Shown here piece by piece: positions 1 through 23,675 of a stretch of DNA of 57,008 nucleotides. Every line of letters begins with the position of its first letter. The first letter of the stretch is position 1. The stretch is from positions 1-57,008 of the forward strand of contig CAXHJY010000537.1 in assembly GCA_964016885.1 (NCBI GenBank), written 5' to 3'. Both the position numbers and the translations under genes were made by a program. The notes below the pieces were generated by a model, which ran no database searches, had not been told where the DNA came from, and saw only the letters and a list, made by a program, of their open reading frames with translations. This stretch comes from Eledone cirrhosa. Lineage: Eukaryota.

Positions 1-22
1 ATATATAGATATATATATATAT

Positions 23-59
<37 letters not shown>

Positions 60-470
60 TATATATATATATATATAGATATATATATATATATGATATA
101 TATATATATAGATATATATATATATAGATATATAGATATATATATATAGATATTATATATATATATATAGATATAGATATATATATATAGATAGATATAT
201 ATATATATAGATATATAGATATATATATATATAGATATATATATATAGATATATATAGATATATATATATTTATAGATATATATATATAGATATATATAT
301 ATAGATATATATTATATATATAGATATATAGATATAGATATATATATATAGATATTATATATAGATATAGATATAGATATATATATATATATATATAGAT
401 ATAGATATATATATATAGATATATATATATATAGATATATATATAGATATATATATAGATTTATATATAT

Positions 471-503
<33 letters not shown>

Positions 504-1394
504 TATATATATATAGATATATATATATAGATATATATAGATATATATATATAGATATATATATAGATATATATATAGATATATATATATAGATATATAT
601 ATATATATAGATATATATATAGATATATATATATAGATATATAGATAGATATATATATATAGATATATATATATAGATATATATATATAGATATAGATAG
701 ATATAATAGATAGATATATAGATATAGATATATATATGATATATATATAGATATATATATATATATATATATAGATATATATATAGATATATATATATAT
801 AGATAGATATATATATAGATATATATATAGATAGATAGATATATATAGATAGATATATATATAGATATATATATATAGATATATATATATATATATAGAT
901 ATATATATAGATAGATATATATATAGATAGATATATAGATAGATATATAGATATATAGATATATATATATAGTATATATAGATATATAGATATATATATA
1001 TATATATATATATAGATAGATATATAGATATATATATATATATATATAGATAGATATATAGATATATATATATATATATAGATAGATATATATATATAGA
1101 TATATAGATATATATATATATATATAGATAGATATATAGATATATATATATATTAGATATATATATATATATATATATAGATATATATATATATATAGAT
1201 AGATATATATATAGATATATATTAGATATATATATATAGATATTATATATATATATATATATATATATAGATATATATATATATATATAGATATATATAT
1301 ATATATAGATATATATATATATATATATATATATAGATATATATATATATATATATATAGATATATATATATATATATATATAGATATATATAT

Positions 1395-1435
<41 letters not shown>

Positions 1436-2949
1436 TGTATATATATATATATATAGATATATATATAGATATATATATATAGATAGATATATATATATAG
1501 ATTATATATATAGATAGATATATATATAGATATATATATATATAGATAGATATATATATATATATATATATATAGATATATATATATATAATATATATAT
1601 AGATATATATATATAGATATATATATAGATAGATATATATATATAGATATATATATAGATAGATATATAGATATAGATATATATATATATAGATAGATAT
1701 ATAGATATATATATATATATATATAGATATATATATAAGATATATATATAGATATATATATAAAGATATATATATAGATATATATATATAGATATATTTA
1801 TATATAGATATATATATAAAGATATATATATATAGATATATATATATATAGATATATATATAGATATATATATATAGATATATATATATAGCTATATATA
1901 TATAGATATATATAGATATATAGATATATAGATATATATATATAGATATATAGATATATAGATATATAGATATATATATATAGATATATAGATATATATA
2001 TATATATATAGATATAGAGATAGATATATATATATAGATATATATATATAGATATAGATATATATATATATAGATATATAGATATATATATATATATATA
2101 TATATATAGATATATAGATATAGATATAGATATATATAGATACATATATATATATATATATATAATAGATATATATAGATATATATAGATATATATATAT
2201 AGATATAGATATATATATATAGATATATATATATAGATATATATATAGATATATAGTATAGATATATATATATATAGATATAGATATATATAGATATAGA
2301 TATAGATATATATAGATATATAGATATATATAGATATATATAGATATATATAGATATATATAGATATATATAGATATATATATATATATAGATATATATA
2401 GATATATATATATATATAGATATATAGATATATATATATATATAGATATATATATATATAGATATATATATATAGATATATATAGATATATATATATAGA
2501 TATATATAGATATATATATATAGATATAATAGATATATATATATATATATATAGATATATATAGATAATATATATATATATATATATATAGATATATATA
2601 GATATATAGATATATATAGATATATATAGATATATAGATATATATAGATATATATAGATATATATAGATATATATAGATATATATAGATATATATAGATA
2701 TATATTTATATATAGATATATATATAGATATATATATATAGATATATATATAGATATATAGATATATATATATATATATAGATATATATATATGATTATA
2801 TATATATATATATGATATATATATAGATACATATATGATTATATATATATATATGATACATATATAGATATATATATATATATATGATACATATATATAT
2901 ATATTATATATATATATATATATATATGATATATATATATATATATATA

Positions 2950-2986
<37 letters not shown>

Positions 2987-3235
2987 ATATATATATATAT
3001 ATGATATATATATATATATATGATATATATAATATTTATATATGATATATATATATATATATATTATATATATGATATATATATATATATATGATATTAT
3101 ATTATATATATATATATGATATATATATATATATATATATATGATATATTTATATATATGATATATAATATATATATATATATATATATGATATATATAT
3201 ATATATGATATATATATTATATATATATATATATG

Positions 3236-3266
<31 letters not shown>

Positions 3267-3392
3267 ATATATTATATATATATATATATGATATATATAT
3301 ATATTTATATATATATATATATGATATATATATATATTTATATATATAGATATTTATATATATAGATATATATGATATATATATATATATAT

Positions 3393-3476
<84 letters not shown>

Positions 3477-3478
3477 GA

Positions 3479-3530
<52 letters not shown>

Positions 3531-3584
3531 ATATATATGATATATATATATATATATATATATGATATATATTTAATATATATG

Positions 3585-3654
<70 letters not shown>

Positions 3655-3696
3655 ATATATATATATATATATATATGATATATATTTATATATATA

Positions 3697-3787
<91 letters not shown>

Positions 3788-3814
3788 ATATATATATATA
3801 TATATTTATATATA

Positions 3815-3848
<34 letters not shown>

Positions 3849-4028
3849 TATATATATATCATATATATATATATATATATATATATCATATATATATATA
3901 TCATATATATATATATATCATATATATATATATCATATATATATATATATATATAATATATATATATCATATATATATATATATATATATAATATATTAT
4001 ATCATATATATATATATATATATATATC

Positions 4029-4060
<32 letters not shown>

Positions 4061-4108
4061 TATATATCATATACATATATATATATATCATATATATATA
4101 TATCATAT

Positions 4109-4149
<41 letters not shown>

Positions 4150-4700
4150 TATATAATATATATATATATCATATATATATATATATATATCATATATATA
4201 TATATCATATATATATATATATATATATATATGATATATATATATGATATATATATGATATATATATATATATATGATATATATATATGATATATATATG
4301 ATATATATATATGATATATATGATATATATATATGATATATATATGATATATATATGATATATAAAGATATATATATATGATATATATATGATATATATA
4401 TGATATATAAGATATATATATATATATATGATATATATAGATATATATATATATATGATATATATAGATATATATATATATATATATGATATATATAGAT
4501 ATATATATATATATATATGATATATATATATATATATATATGATATATATATAGATATATATATATATATATATGATATATATATATATATATATATATG
4601 ATATATATATATATGATATATATATATATATATATATATGATATATTTATATAGATATATATATATGATATATATATATATATATGATATATATATATCT
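1..4700. repeat. Degenerate (TA)n microsatellite with ATAG-, ATG- and CAT-interrupted blocks
   Basis: Almost pure AT alternation; interruptions are AG to ~2820, then TGA, then TCA (~3846-4207), then TGA again. The Y/I-rich ORFs here are artefacts. Confidence 0.98.
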
Positions 4701-5015
4701 ATGAGTCGTTTGGAAGCCTCTACAATGCAAATGGGTAAATCTCCGGGTAACAAGGTCCGGTGGTGGAGAGAGAGATGTAAGTGGGTGTACGTTGAGATGC
4801 GTGGTGTGTATAAGATGTGTGAGATGTGTAGAATGGAGGGAAGAGTAAAAGGATAAAAATAACAACACAAGAGAGAGTGTTACCTTGGGAGAGATTTAAT
4901 AGTTCCTATATATTTCGGATTCACATCCATCAACTGGGGTTTTTTTCGGGGTGGGGGAAAAGGTTGTCTGTCGGACAAGTCCGGAAGGCGTCTTTCGCTG
5001 TTTGCTGATTTTCAA
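4701..5015 (-). mobile_element. Unique island in (TA)n, probable Penelope-like terminal-repeat relic with a decayed hammerhead motif (4905-4939)
   Basis: Minus strand reads CC-CAGTTGA-T-GGAT-GTGA-ATCC-GAAA-TATA-TA-GG: hammerhead layout with two core substitutions. The island is flanked by TA repeats on both sides. Confidence 0.35.
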
Positions 5016-5480
5016 ATATATATAGTATATATATATTATATATATAACATTAATATAGTATATATATATATTATATATATAACATATATTAAATATATAT
5101 AACATAATATATTATATTATATATATATAATATATAATATATTATATATTATATATATTATATATATATAACATATAATATATTATATATATTTTATATA
5201 TATTATTTATATATATATATATATATATATCATATATAATATATTATATATATGATATATATATCATATATAATATATTATATATATGATATATACTATA
5301 TATATAATATATTATATATCATATATAATATATTATGATATATATATATATATTATATATATGATATATATTATATAGATATTATATATATGATATATAT
5401 TATATATATAATATATATAATATTTATATAATATATTATATATATATATATAATATATTATATATATATAATATATTATA

Positions 5481-5522
<42 letters not shown>

Positions 5523-5633
5523 AATTATATATATATATTATATATATTATATATATAATGTAAATGATATATATATATAATATATATAAGATATATCTAT
5601 AATATATATATATATATATATGATATATATATG

Positions 5634-5664
<31 letters not shown>

Positions 5665-5669
5665 ATATA

Positions 5670-5706
<37 letters not shown>

Positions 5707-5736
5707 ATATATATGATATATATATATATATATATA

Positions 5737-5777
<41 letters not shown>

Positions 5778-5809
5778 ATATATATATATATGATATATAT
5801 ATATATATG

Positions 5810-5836
<27 letters not shown>
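5016..5836. repeat. Degenerate (TA)n microsatellite
   Basis: Direct inspection. Confidence 0.97.
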
Positions 5837-5840
<4 letters not shown>

Positions 5841-6439
5841 TGTGAGGTTGTTTTTACAAAATGAAAAATAACCGAGGTGTCCTACACGAGTGGAAGTATA
5901 AAGAAAAAGAGATGAATCGAAAATGCAACTGAAGTCTTATTTTTTTTAAAAATATATATATTTATTTGGTTCCTTTACCGGTTTCGCAGTTCTTCTGCTT
6001 TTCAAAAGGTGAGTTGAGATGGAGGGTCTGTGGTTTTTCTCACATCTGGTTGGTCTCTAAATGTTACTTGTTTTATATGGAAAAAGTGGCTCGAAAGCCA
6101 GGTTTTTCGAGAAGTAATTTGATTGGTTTGTCAATAATTATAATAAATTTCGCGCCAGTTCGCGTTACAATAGTTCTTCAAATAAGAGAGGGGTGGGGGT
6201 TGTCACAGGTTGTTTTTTTCATATATGAGTGTTTGAATTTCTTGAAGGCTTTTTTTTTGGTTGTTGTAAATGAAATTTGGCTGTCACGTGAACAAGTTTT
6301 CATTACATTTTTGCGCCCTTATTTGGAAAACTATTCTGTAGTCTTTATAGTGAATGTTATGACAATGGAGAGATAGTGGTCAAGGGAAAAGGGATTGGGA
6401 GAAATGTTCTGGTTCACTGAATATGGCCAGCTGTCAGAA
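5837..6439 (-). mobile_element. Unique island in (TA)n carrying a hammerhead motif; probable Penelope-like/retrozyme terminal-repeat relic
   Basis: 600-bp non-repetitive island with TA tracts on both sides and a minimal hammerhead at 5972-6009; no recognisable protein in the 5966-6376 ORF. Confidence 0.5.
5972..6009 (-). ncRNA. Minimal type I hammerhead ribozyme motif, U3-A8 core variant
   Basis: Minus strand: CCUU-UUGAAAA-GCAG-AAGAA-CUGC-GAAA-CCGG-UA-AAGG. Stem I CCUU/AAGG, stem II GCAG/CUGC, palindromic stem III ACCGGU, GUA cleavage triplet. Confidence 0.7.
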
Positions 6440-18582
<12,143 letters not shown>

Positions 18583-18655
18583 TGTAAATGAAGTAATTCC
18601 ATCAGAAAAGTCCAGGAAAAAAGAGTGCTCTATGTAGGCAACAGAGCTTAATTAT

Positions 18656-18858
18656 TATTATTATTATGTAATAAACAACATAAGGCAATTATTCCATTTA
18701 CCAGTGGTTTCTTAAAAGCAAAATGTTTTGCTTTCAATCCTCAGAATGAAAAATTTTGGATTTTTCATTCTGAGGATTGAAAGCAAAATATTTTGCTTTT
18801 AAGAAACCACTGGTAAATGGAATAATTGCCTTATGTTGTTTATTATATAATAATAATA
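18656..18858. repeat. Long near-perfect inverted repeat (99-bp arms, 5-nt spacer TTTGG)
   Basis: 18656-18754 is the reverse complement of 18760-18858, with two mismatches. Confidence 0.95.
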
Positions 18859-18933
18859 TATTATATATATACAATATACATATAATATATATATATATAA
18901 TACATATATATATATATATTTTATATATATAAT

Positions 18934-19143
18934 GTGGCTGCGTGGTTAGAGAATTCGATTCACAATCTTGAGGTTGTGAGTTCGATTCCTGCACCGGGCG
19001 ATGCGTTATGTCCTTGAGCAAGGCACTTTATTTCACGTTGCGCCTTCTACCTGGAGTTGCGGCCGATAGATAGTAATAGCAACTGGAAAGACCAACGGAA
19101 ACATTGTTTCCTCGGTCCGATTTGACGAAAGTCGATCGTTCCT
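18934..19143 (+). mobile_element. tRNA-derived SINE (CORE-like central motif) with an atypical 3' part
   Basis: A box TGGCTGCGTGG, B box GTTCGATTCC (18980-18989), then GTCCTTGAGCAAGGCACTTTA; a second copy lies at 41469-41683. Confidence 0.85.
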
Positions 19144-19146
19144 TTA

Positions 19147-19219
<73 letters not shown>

Positions 19220-20011
19220 TATATATATTATATAATATATATATATAATATATATATATAATATATATATATATATTATATATATAATATATATATATAT
19301 ATATTACATATATAATATATATATCATATTTTGTTTCTGAATTTGTTTAGCAAGATTCTTTATCTGAAAACGTGTGTTGAAACGTAGTTTTGTTAAGAAT
19401 TATCTTTCGTGGAAAGTTTTTATAAAATCGAATATGTATACCGATTCCCATAGGATCTATGTTCCACACACAAATTTTCAAAGGAATTTGTGCAGTAACA
19501 AGAAAATTATTAACAATTTAATGGGGTGTCTTATACATATTTCCACCACTTTATATATATATATATATATATATAATAAACACATCTCAATCTCAGCTGC
19601 TGTACATGTATTTTCTTAATTCATATTCTCATATGAGTGTTTCATTTTGATATTATTTAAGTTGGCAGTGAAACACTTTTTGTTGATGAAAGCATTGTTG
19701 GCTCCTCCTCACACTTTTTGCTTCTGAGTGTTGTTTTTATAAATAGATTTGTCTGTTTTTTCTTTGATATTTGTGTAAGCCTTTTGGACTTTTCTGTTAA
19801 TCCGTTTCGTGTTAGTTTATGTTTCTCAGAAACGATATATATTTTGTTTCCATATGTCTGTATTTTGTTGTTGTTTAGCTTCACGTTTATCTCACAAACA
19901 CCGACAGTAAATACGTCGCCATTTTTATATATCATAAGACTTACTTCACTCTATGAAGGTACATAATCTTTACTTCTTATTTCGTTATTTTTTTTTCTTT
20001 TACTTTTTACC

Positions 20012-20032
20012 TATCCATCTATCTAATTATCC

Positions 20033-20089
<57 letters not shown>

Positions 20090-20235
20090 CTTTTCCTTCT
20101 TCTTTTCCTTCTTCTTTTCCTTCTTCTTTTCCTCCTTCTTTTCCTTCTTTTCCTTCTTCTTTTCCTTCTTCTTTTCCTTCTTGTTATTGTTCTTGTTCTT
20201 CTTCTTTTTCTCCTTCTTCTTCTTCTTCTTCTTCT
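20012..20235. repeat. (ATCT)n followed by a (CTT)n-rich simple repeat
   Basis: Direct inspection; source of the spurious poly-R and poly-F ORFs. Confidence 0.95.
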
Positions 20236-20499
20236 CGCGTTGAGGTCGTTACAGTTGTAGTAGTCCTTGTTGTTGTTGTTCTTCTTGCTTCTCTCCATTT
20301 TATGTTATTATTATTGTTTATTTTGTGTCATTTCCAGTTGTTGCTTATATTGATGTTGTTGTTATTGTTGTCATATTTTAACGCTAACCAATATCTTCAA
20401 TAAATTCTACCATCAAAACCCCACCTACTGTGGTATTAGAGATAGCGTGTCCTTCAACATATTGGAACACTTTCAAGGAACATTGAGTGGCATATACTA

Positions 20500-20775
20500 T
20501 TTGTTGTTGTTGATGTTATTGATGCTGTTGTTGTTTCATTTGAGCTTGTTTTTGTTGTGGTTGTTTCATTTGAGCTTGTTGTTGTTGTTTTGAGTTTGTT
20601 GTTGTTGCTTCATTTGTTGTTGTTGTTTAATTTGAGCTTGTTGTTGTTCTCTCTCGCTCAACCAAGAATACATTTCGTTGTTCTCTCACTCTCTCTCAAC
20701 CAAGAACACATTTTTTCATTGTTGTTGTCATTGTTGTTGTTGTTCTCTCTCTCTCTCCACCAAGAATACATCTTC
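20500..20775. repeat. (GTT)n-rich low-complexity tract with three CTC(A/C)ACCAAGAAYACAT repeats
   Basis: Direct inspection. Confidence 0.8.
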
Positions 20776-21209
20776 ATTGAAATACTCTACGAATTTTATT
20801 GATTTCAGCGTTGAAAAATATGACACACGATATAAATCAACATCAATTTTTATTTGGAACAAGTCGAATTGAATTATTTAGTTGGCAGACAAGAAAATCA
20901 AATTTCCATCACAAAATACCAACAAGGTAGGTCCTTTTATATGACTTTAACTCACTTTCAGTTTTATTTTGTTAAGATTCGTTTTACTTTTTCTTTTTTG
21001 TGGGGGTTTTCTTTTTTGTGGAGACACAGAACATAAAAGCCAGGCTATGACATAATATTTTGAAATGTGAATTACGCTTTACGAGAAAGTATAATCGCTG
21101 TCCAGTATTGTAAATATTTATTTCATTAAGATACATTTAATCTAGATATAACTAAATTGTTTGAAATGGAAGCCAAGCTGTGAAATGATTGAAGTATAAG
21201 CAAAGATAT

Positions 21210-21670
21210 TCTGGCTGAAGAGTTCATTGGCCGACCAAGATACTCTCATGGAATGACCAAATGAGGTTTATTTTTCAACATAGTTTCTGGAAAGAAACAA
21301 TACAGTTAATAATAAACAAAGATGTTCCGCTTTGTACGAGGGTTGGCTGAAGAGTTCATTGGCTGACTAAGATACTCCCACGGAATGACCAAATTAGGTT
21401 TTTTTTCAACATAACCCCTTGAAAGAAACAATGCAGTTATTAAAAATATTTCGCAGCCCTAGCACCACTCTTTCACAGGCTGACCAAGCTGCTCGCATGA
21501 ATGACCAAATGAGGTCTATTTTTCAACATAGTTTCTGGAAGGAAACAATGCAGTTATTAATAAGATTTCACTGCTCTAGCATCATTCTTTCACAGGCTGA
21601 CCAAACTACTCTCACGGAATGACGTAATGAGGTTTGTTTTCAACATAGTTCTGGAAAGAAACAATGTATT
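21210..21670 (+). mobile_element. Four diverged tandem copies (~120 bp) of a mariner/Tc1-like terminus
   Basis: TA-CGAGGGTTGGCTGAAGAGTTC at 21335 resembles a mariner TIR start; GACCAAATGAGG..TTTTTCAACATAG..GGAAAGAAACAAT recurs four times; no transposase present. Confidence 0.6.
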
Positions 21671-21792
21671 ATTATGGTGGAGGAGCCAGTTTAATCACCA
21701 AATACTCGGCCATGAAGCAGGTGGTTCTGGGTTACCTGGTATCAGTGTCAAAAAACAAACAAACCTATAGAAGACTATAACATTGTATATAT

Positions 21793-22007
21793 CAGTCATG
21801 TCAAACTGAGGGTTACCCTGAGTTCCACATGGGTCACATATGTATTGTCTGAGGGCCACACACAACTAATTGCGCAGATTATAACTAATATGTTTATTTT
21901 ATATTATGAGATAAAACCTGCTTGCGCTGTAAAAACCTTTGTGCGGGCCGCAGGTGTGCTTCTAAAGGGTTGTATGCGACTCGAGAGTCGCATGTTTAAC
22001 ATGCCTG
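21793..22007. mobile_element. hAT (Charlie-like) MITE, 215 bp
   Basis: TIRs CAGTCATGTCAAAC / GTTTAACATGCCTG (12/14 match); 8-bp flanks GTATATAT and GTGTATAT (7/8, TSD-like); subterminal GCGGGCCGCA motif and palindrome ATGCGACTC-GA-GAGTCGCAT. Confidence 0.8.
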
Positions 22008-22160
22008 GTGTATATACTTCTCTATATTTATTTGTTGATAATTAAGCATATGATATATCCATGTATTTCGGGTTGCGGCTGCTGCACTGTTTCATTTTAA
22101 ACACATAAAGCATTATGAGCCTTAAATGCTCTTTCGACACGCTCATCTTTTGGGGTTAAC

Positions 22161-22628
22161 ATGAGTAATCTCTCCAACAACACCAAAATCAGACTCTTCC
22201 AAGTAACAATTCACCCAATCTTACTATATAGAAGTGAAACATGAACGCTTTCATCCAAACAACAAAAGCACCTTGATGGCACTTACACTCTCCTGCTTCA
22301 ACACATTCAGAACATAAACTGGCGACATCTGAATTTGAGAGAGATATATGCCGGCCTCCCACGCATGTCTGTCGTTGTACGTAAAAGGAGAGTAAGATTT
22401 GCTGGCCACTGCCATTATGCCACCTCTGAGGCTGTGTCACCATTAATACTTTGGAAACCACAAGCAATCACTAATAACATTGTGCGCCTGGTATCCTATC
22501 CCGATGTCATCTCTAGAGATTCTGGTATTGAAATCCAGGACTTGGTAACGGTAATGAACGACAGACCCACGTGGAGATCAATTGTTGAGTCGATTTCGGC
22601 TGAGGTCGCCGAATGACGATGATGATGA
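22161..22628 (+). mobile_element. 5'-truncated RTE-clade LINE (C-terminal post-RT region) with (TGA)n tail; inactivated
   Basis: One frame reads SNLSNNTKIRLFQVTIHPILLYRSET*TLSSKQQKHLDGTYT...RRVRFAGHC...LILWKP...MNDRPTWRSIV, which matches the RTE LLYGSETWTL, RLRFAGH and DR..WR motifs. There is an in-frame TGA at 22242 and a TGA-repeat tail. Confidence 0.9.
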
Positions 22629-22781
22629 ATTGATTCGGCCAGATTATTCTGTTAAAACAAAATTATATTAAGTTAACTGTTTCCAAATATATAGGAGTGT
22701 CTATCAATAACATTTGAATTTTAGGATACTGTAAACCTTGGTAGAATTTACATATATAATATTTCTGACATTATTTCTGGG

Positions 22782-22910
22782 TGGCAGTATCGCTAGAGTC
22801 AGTCATGCTCCTTTCATTGTAACTTTGCCTTTCATCCTTACGGGGTCGATAAAATATAATACCAGTAATGTGCTGGGGTAATTGCTTGCCTTGTGCCAAA
22901 AGTAGAAACA
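22782..22910 (+). mobile_element. Internally deleted SINE (family 2) with a 12-bp target-site duplication
   Basis: Contains CTTTGCCTTTCATCCTTACGGGGTCGATAAAAT..TACCAGT, shared with other copies; ATTATTTCTGGG occurs at 22770-22781 and 22911-22922. Confidence 0.8.
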
Positions 22911-22958
22911 ATTATTTCTGGGATAGCCTGGTATTCAGTCTTATTATGAAATCAAATT

Positions 22959-22990
22959 CTTTAAGATAGCTTGCGTTAGCTATCTTAAAG
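22959..22990. other. Perfect 13-bp hairpin
   Basis: CTTTAAGATAGCT-TGCGTT-AGCTATCTTAAAG. Confidence 0.85.
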
Positions 22991-23320
22991 GTTAACACCA
23001 CTTATATGTGTTAACATTTTTCCTCCATGAAGCCAATATATAGCATTGCAAATATATTTAATAAAATGTAAATGTAACTCTGTGTTAGAAATCTGGAATA
23101 ATGTTCTATAAATACAAGACTCTCTCTCATATTTAGTACTTCACTACTTCTATTATGGACAACTGACGCTGCACACCAGGTCATAACACAGAAGAGCCGA
23201 ACTCTCACTGTTATATATATTCACATACTTTTATACGATTGGCAATAATTGATAGAACACTAAATTTTCATGAGCTATGAAGAATTACAGGTAATGATAT
23301 ATTTATGTATATACAGTAAC

Positions 23321-23361
<41 letters not shown>

Positions 23362-23675
23362 GTTATTAGGAGTATTCCAAAGCTTGGGAGAACAAGTTGT
23401 GAGGAAAGTTCTCAACATACGTTAAGGTGACTCGACAGGTTGGTAGGGATTCTGTAGTGGAAACACGAACAAACAAGGAGTGTAATCAAAGAAGAGAAAT
23501 AGGACGAAGGTAAACAATTACAAAAGATATATATATATATATATATAACGATATATTTATATATATATATATACAATAATGTATATACATATGTAATGAT
23601 ATGTGTATACTGTAATGTGTTGATATTATTGGTGATGGATACTGTACTTCTTTCCGACCTGGAGATCAACATTTT

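Noticed and set aside
18934-18995. Genuine tRNA gene
   Set aside because: The A/B boxes run straight into a SINE body motif, the acceptor stem is missing and there are dispersed diverged copies.
19360-19390. CTGAAAA..GAAACGTA hammerhead-like stretch
   Set aside because: C3 with A8 is uncompensated, and stems I and II are not credible.
19657-19935. Possible retropepsin-like fragments (VGVCEINVKLNN; GGANNAFINKK in another frame)
   Set aside because: No catalytic D-[TS]-G, and the motifs are in the wrong order.
20083-20298. Protamine-like poly-Arg/Lys ORF
   Set aside because: It is the reverse complement of a (CTT)n-rich simple repeat next to other microsatellites; no independent gene evidence.
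21214-21265. CTGAAGA-GTTCATT..AATGAC-CAAA as a hammerhead
   Set aside because: It has CAAA instead of GAAA, lacks stems I and III, and is explained as a mariner-like end.
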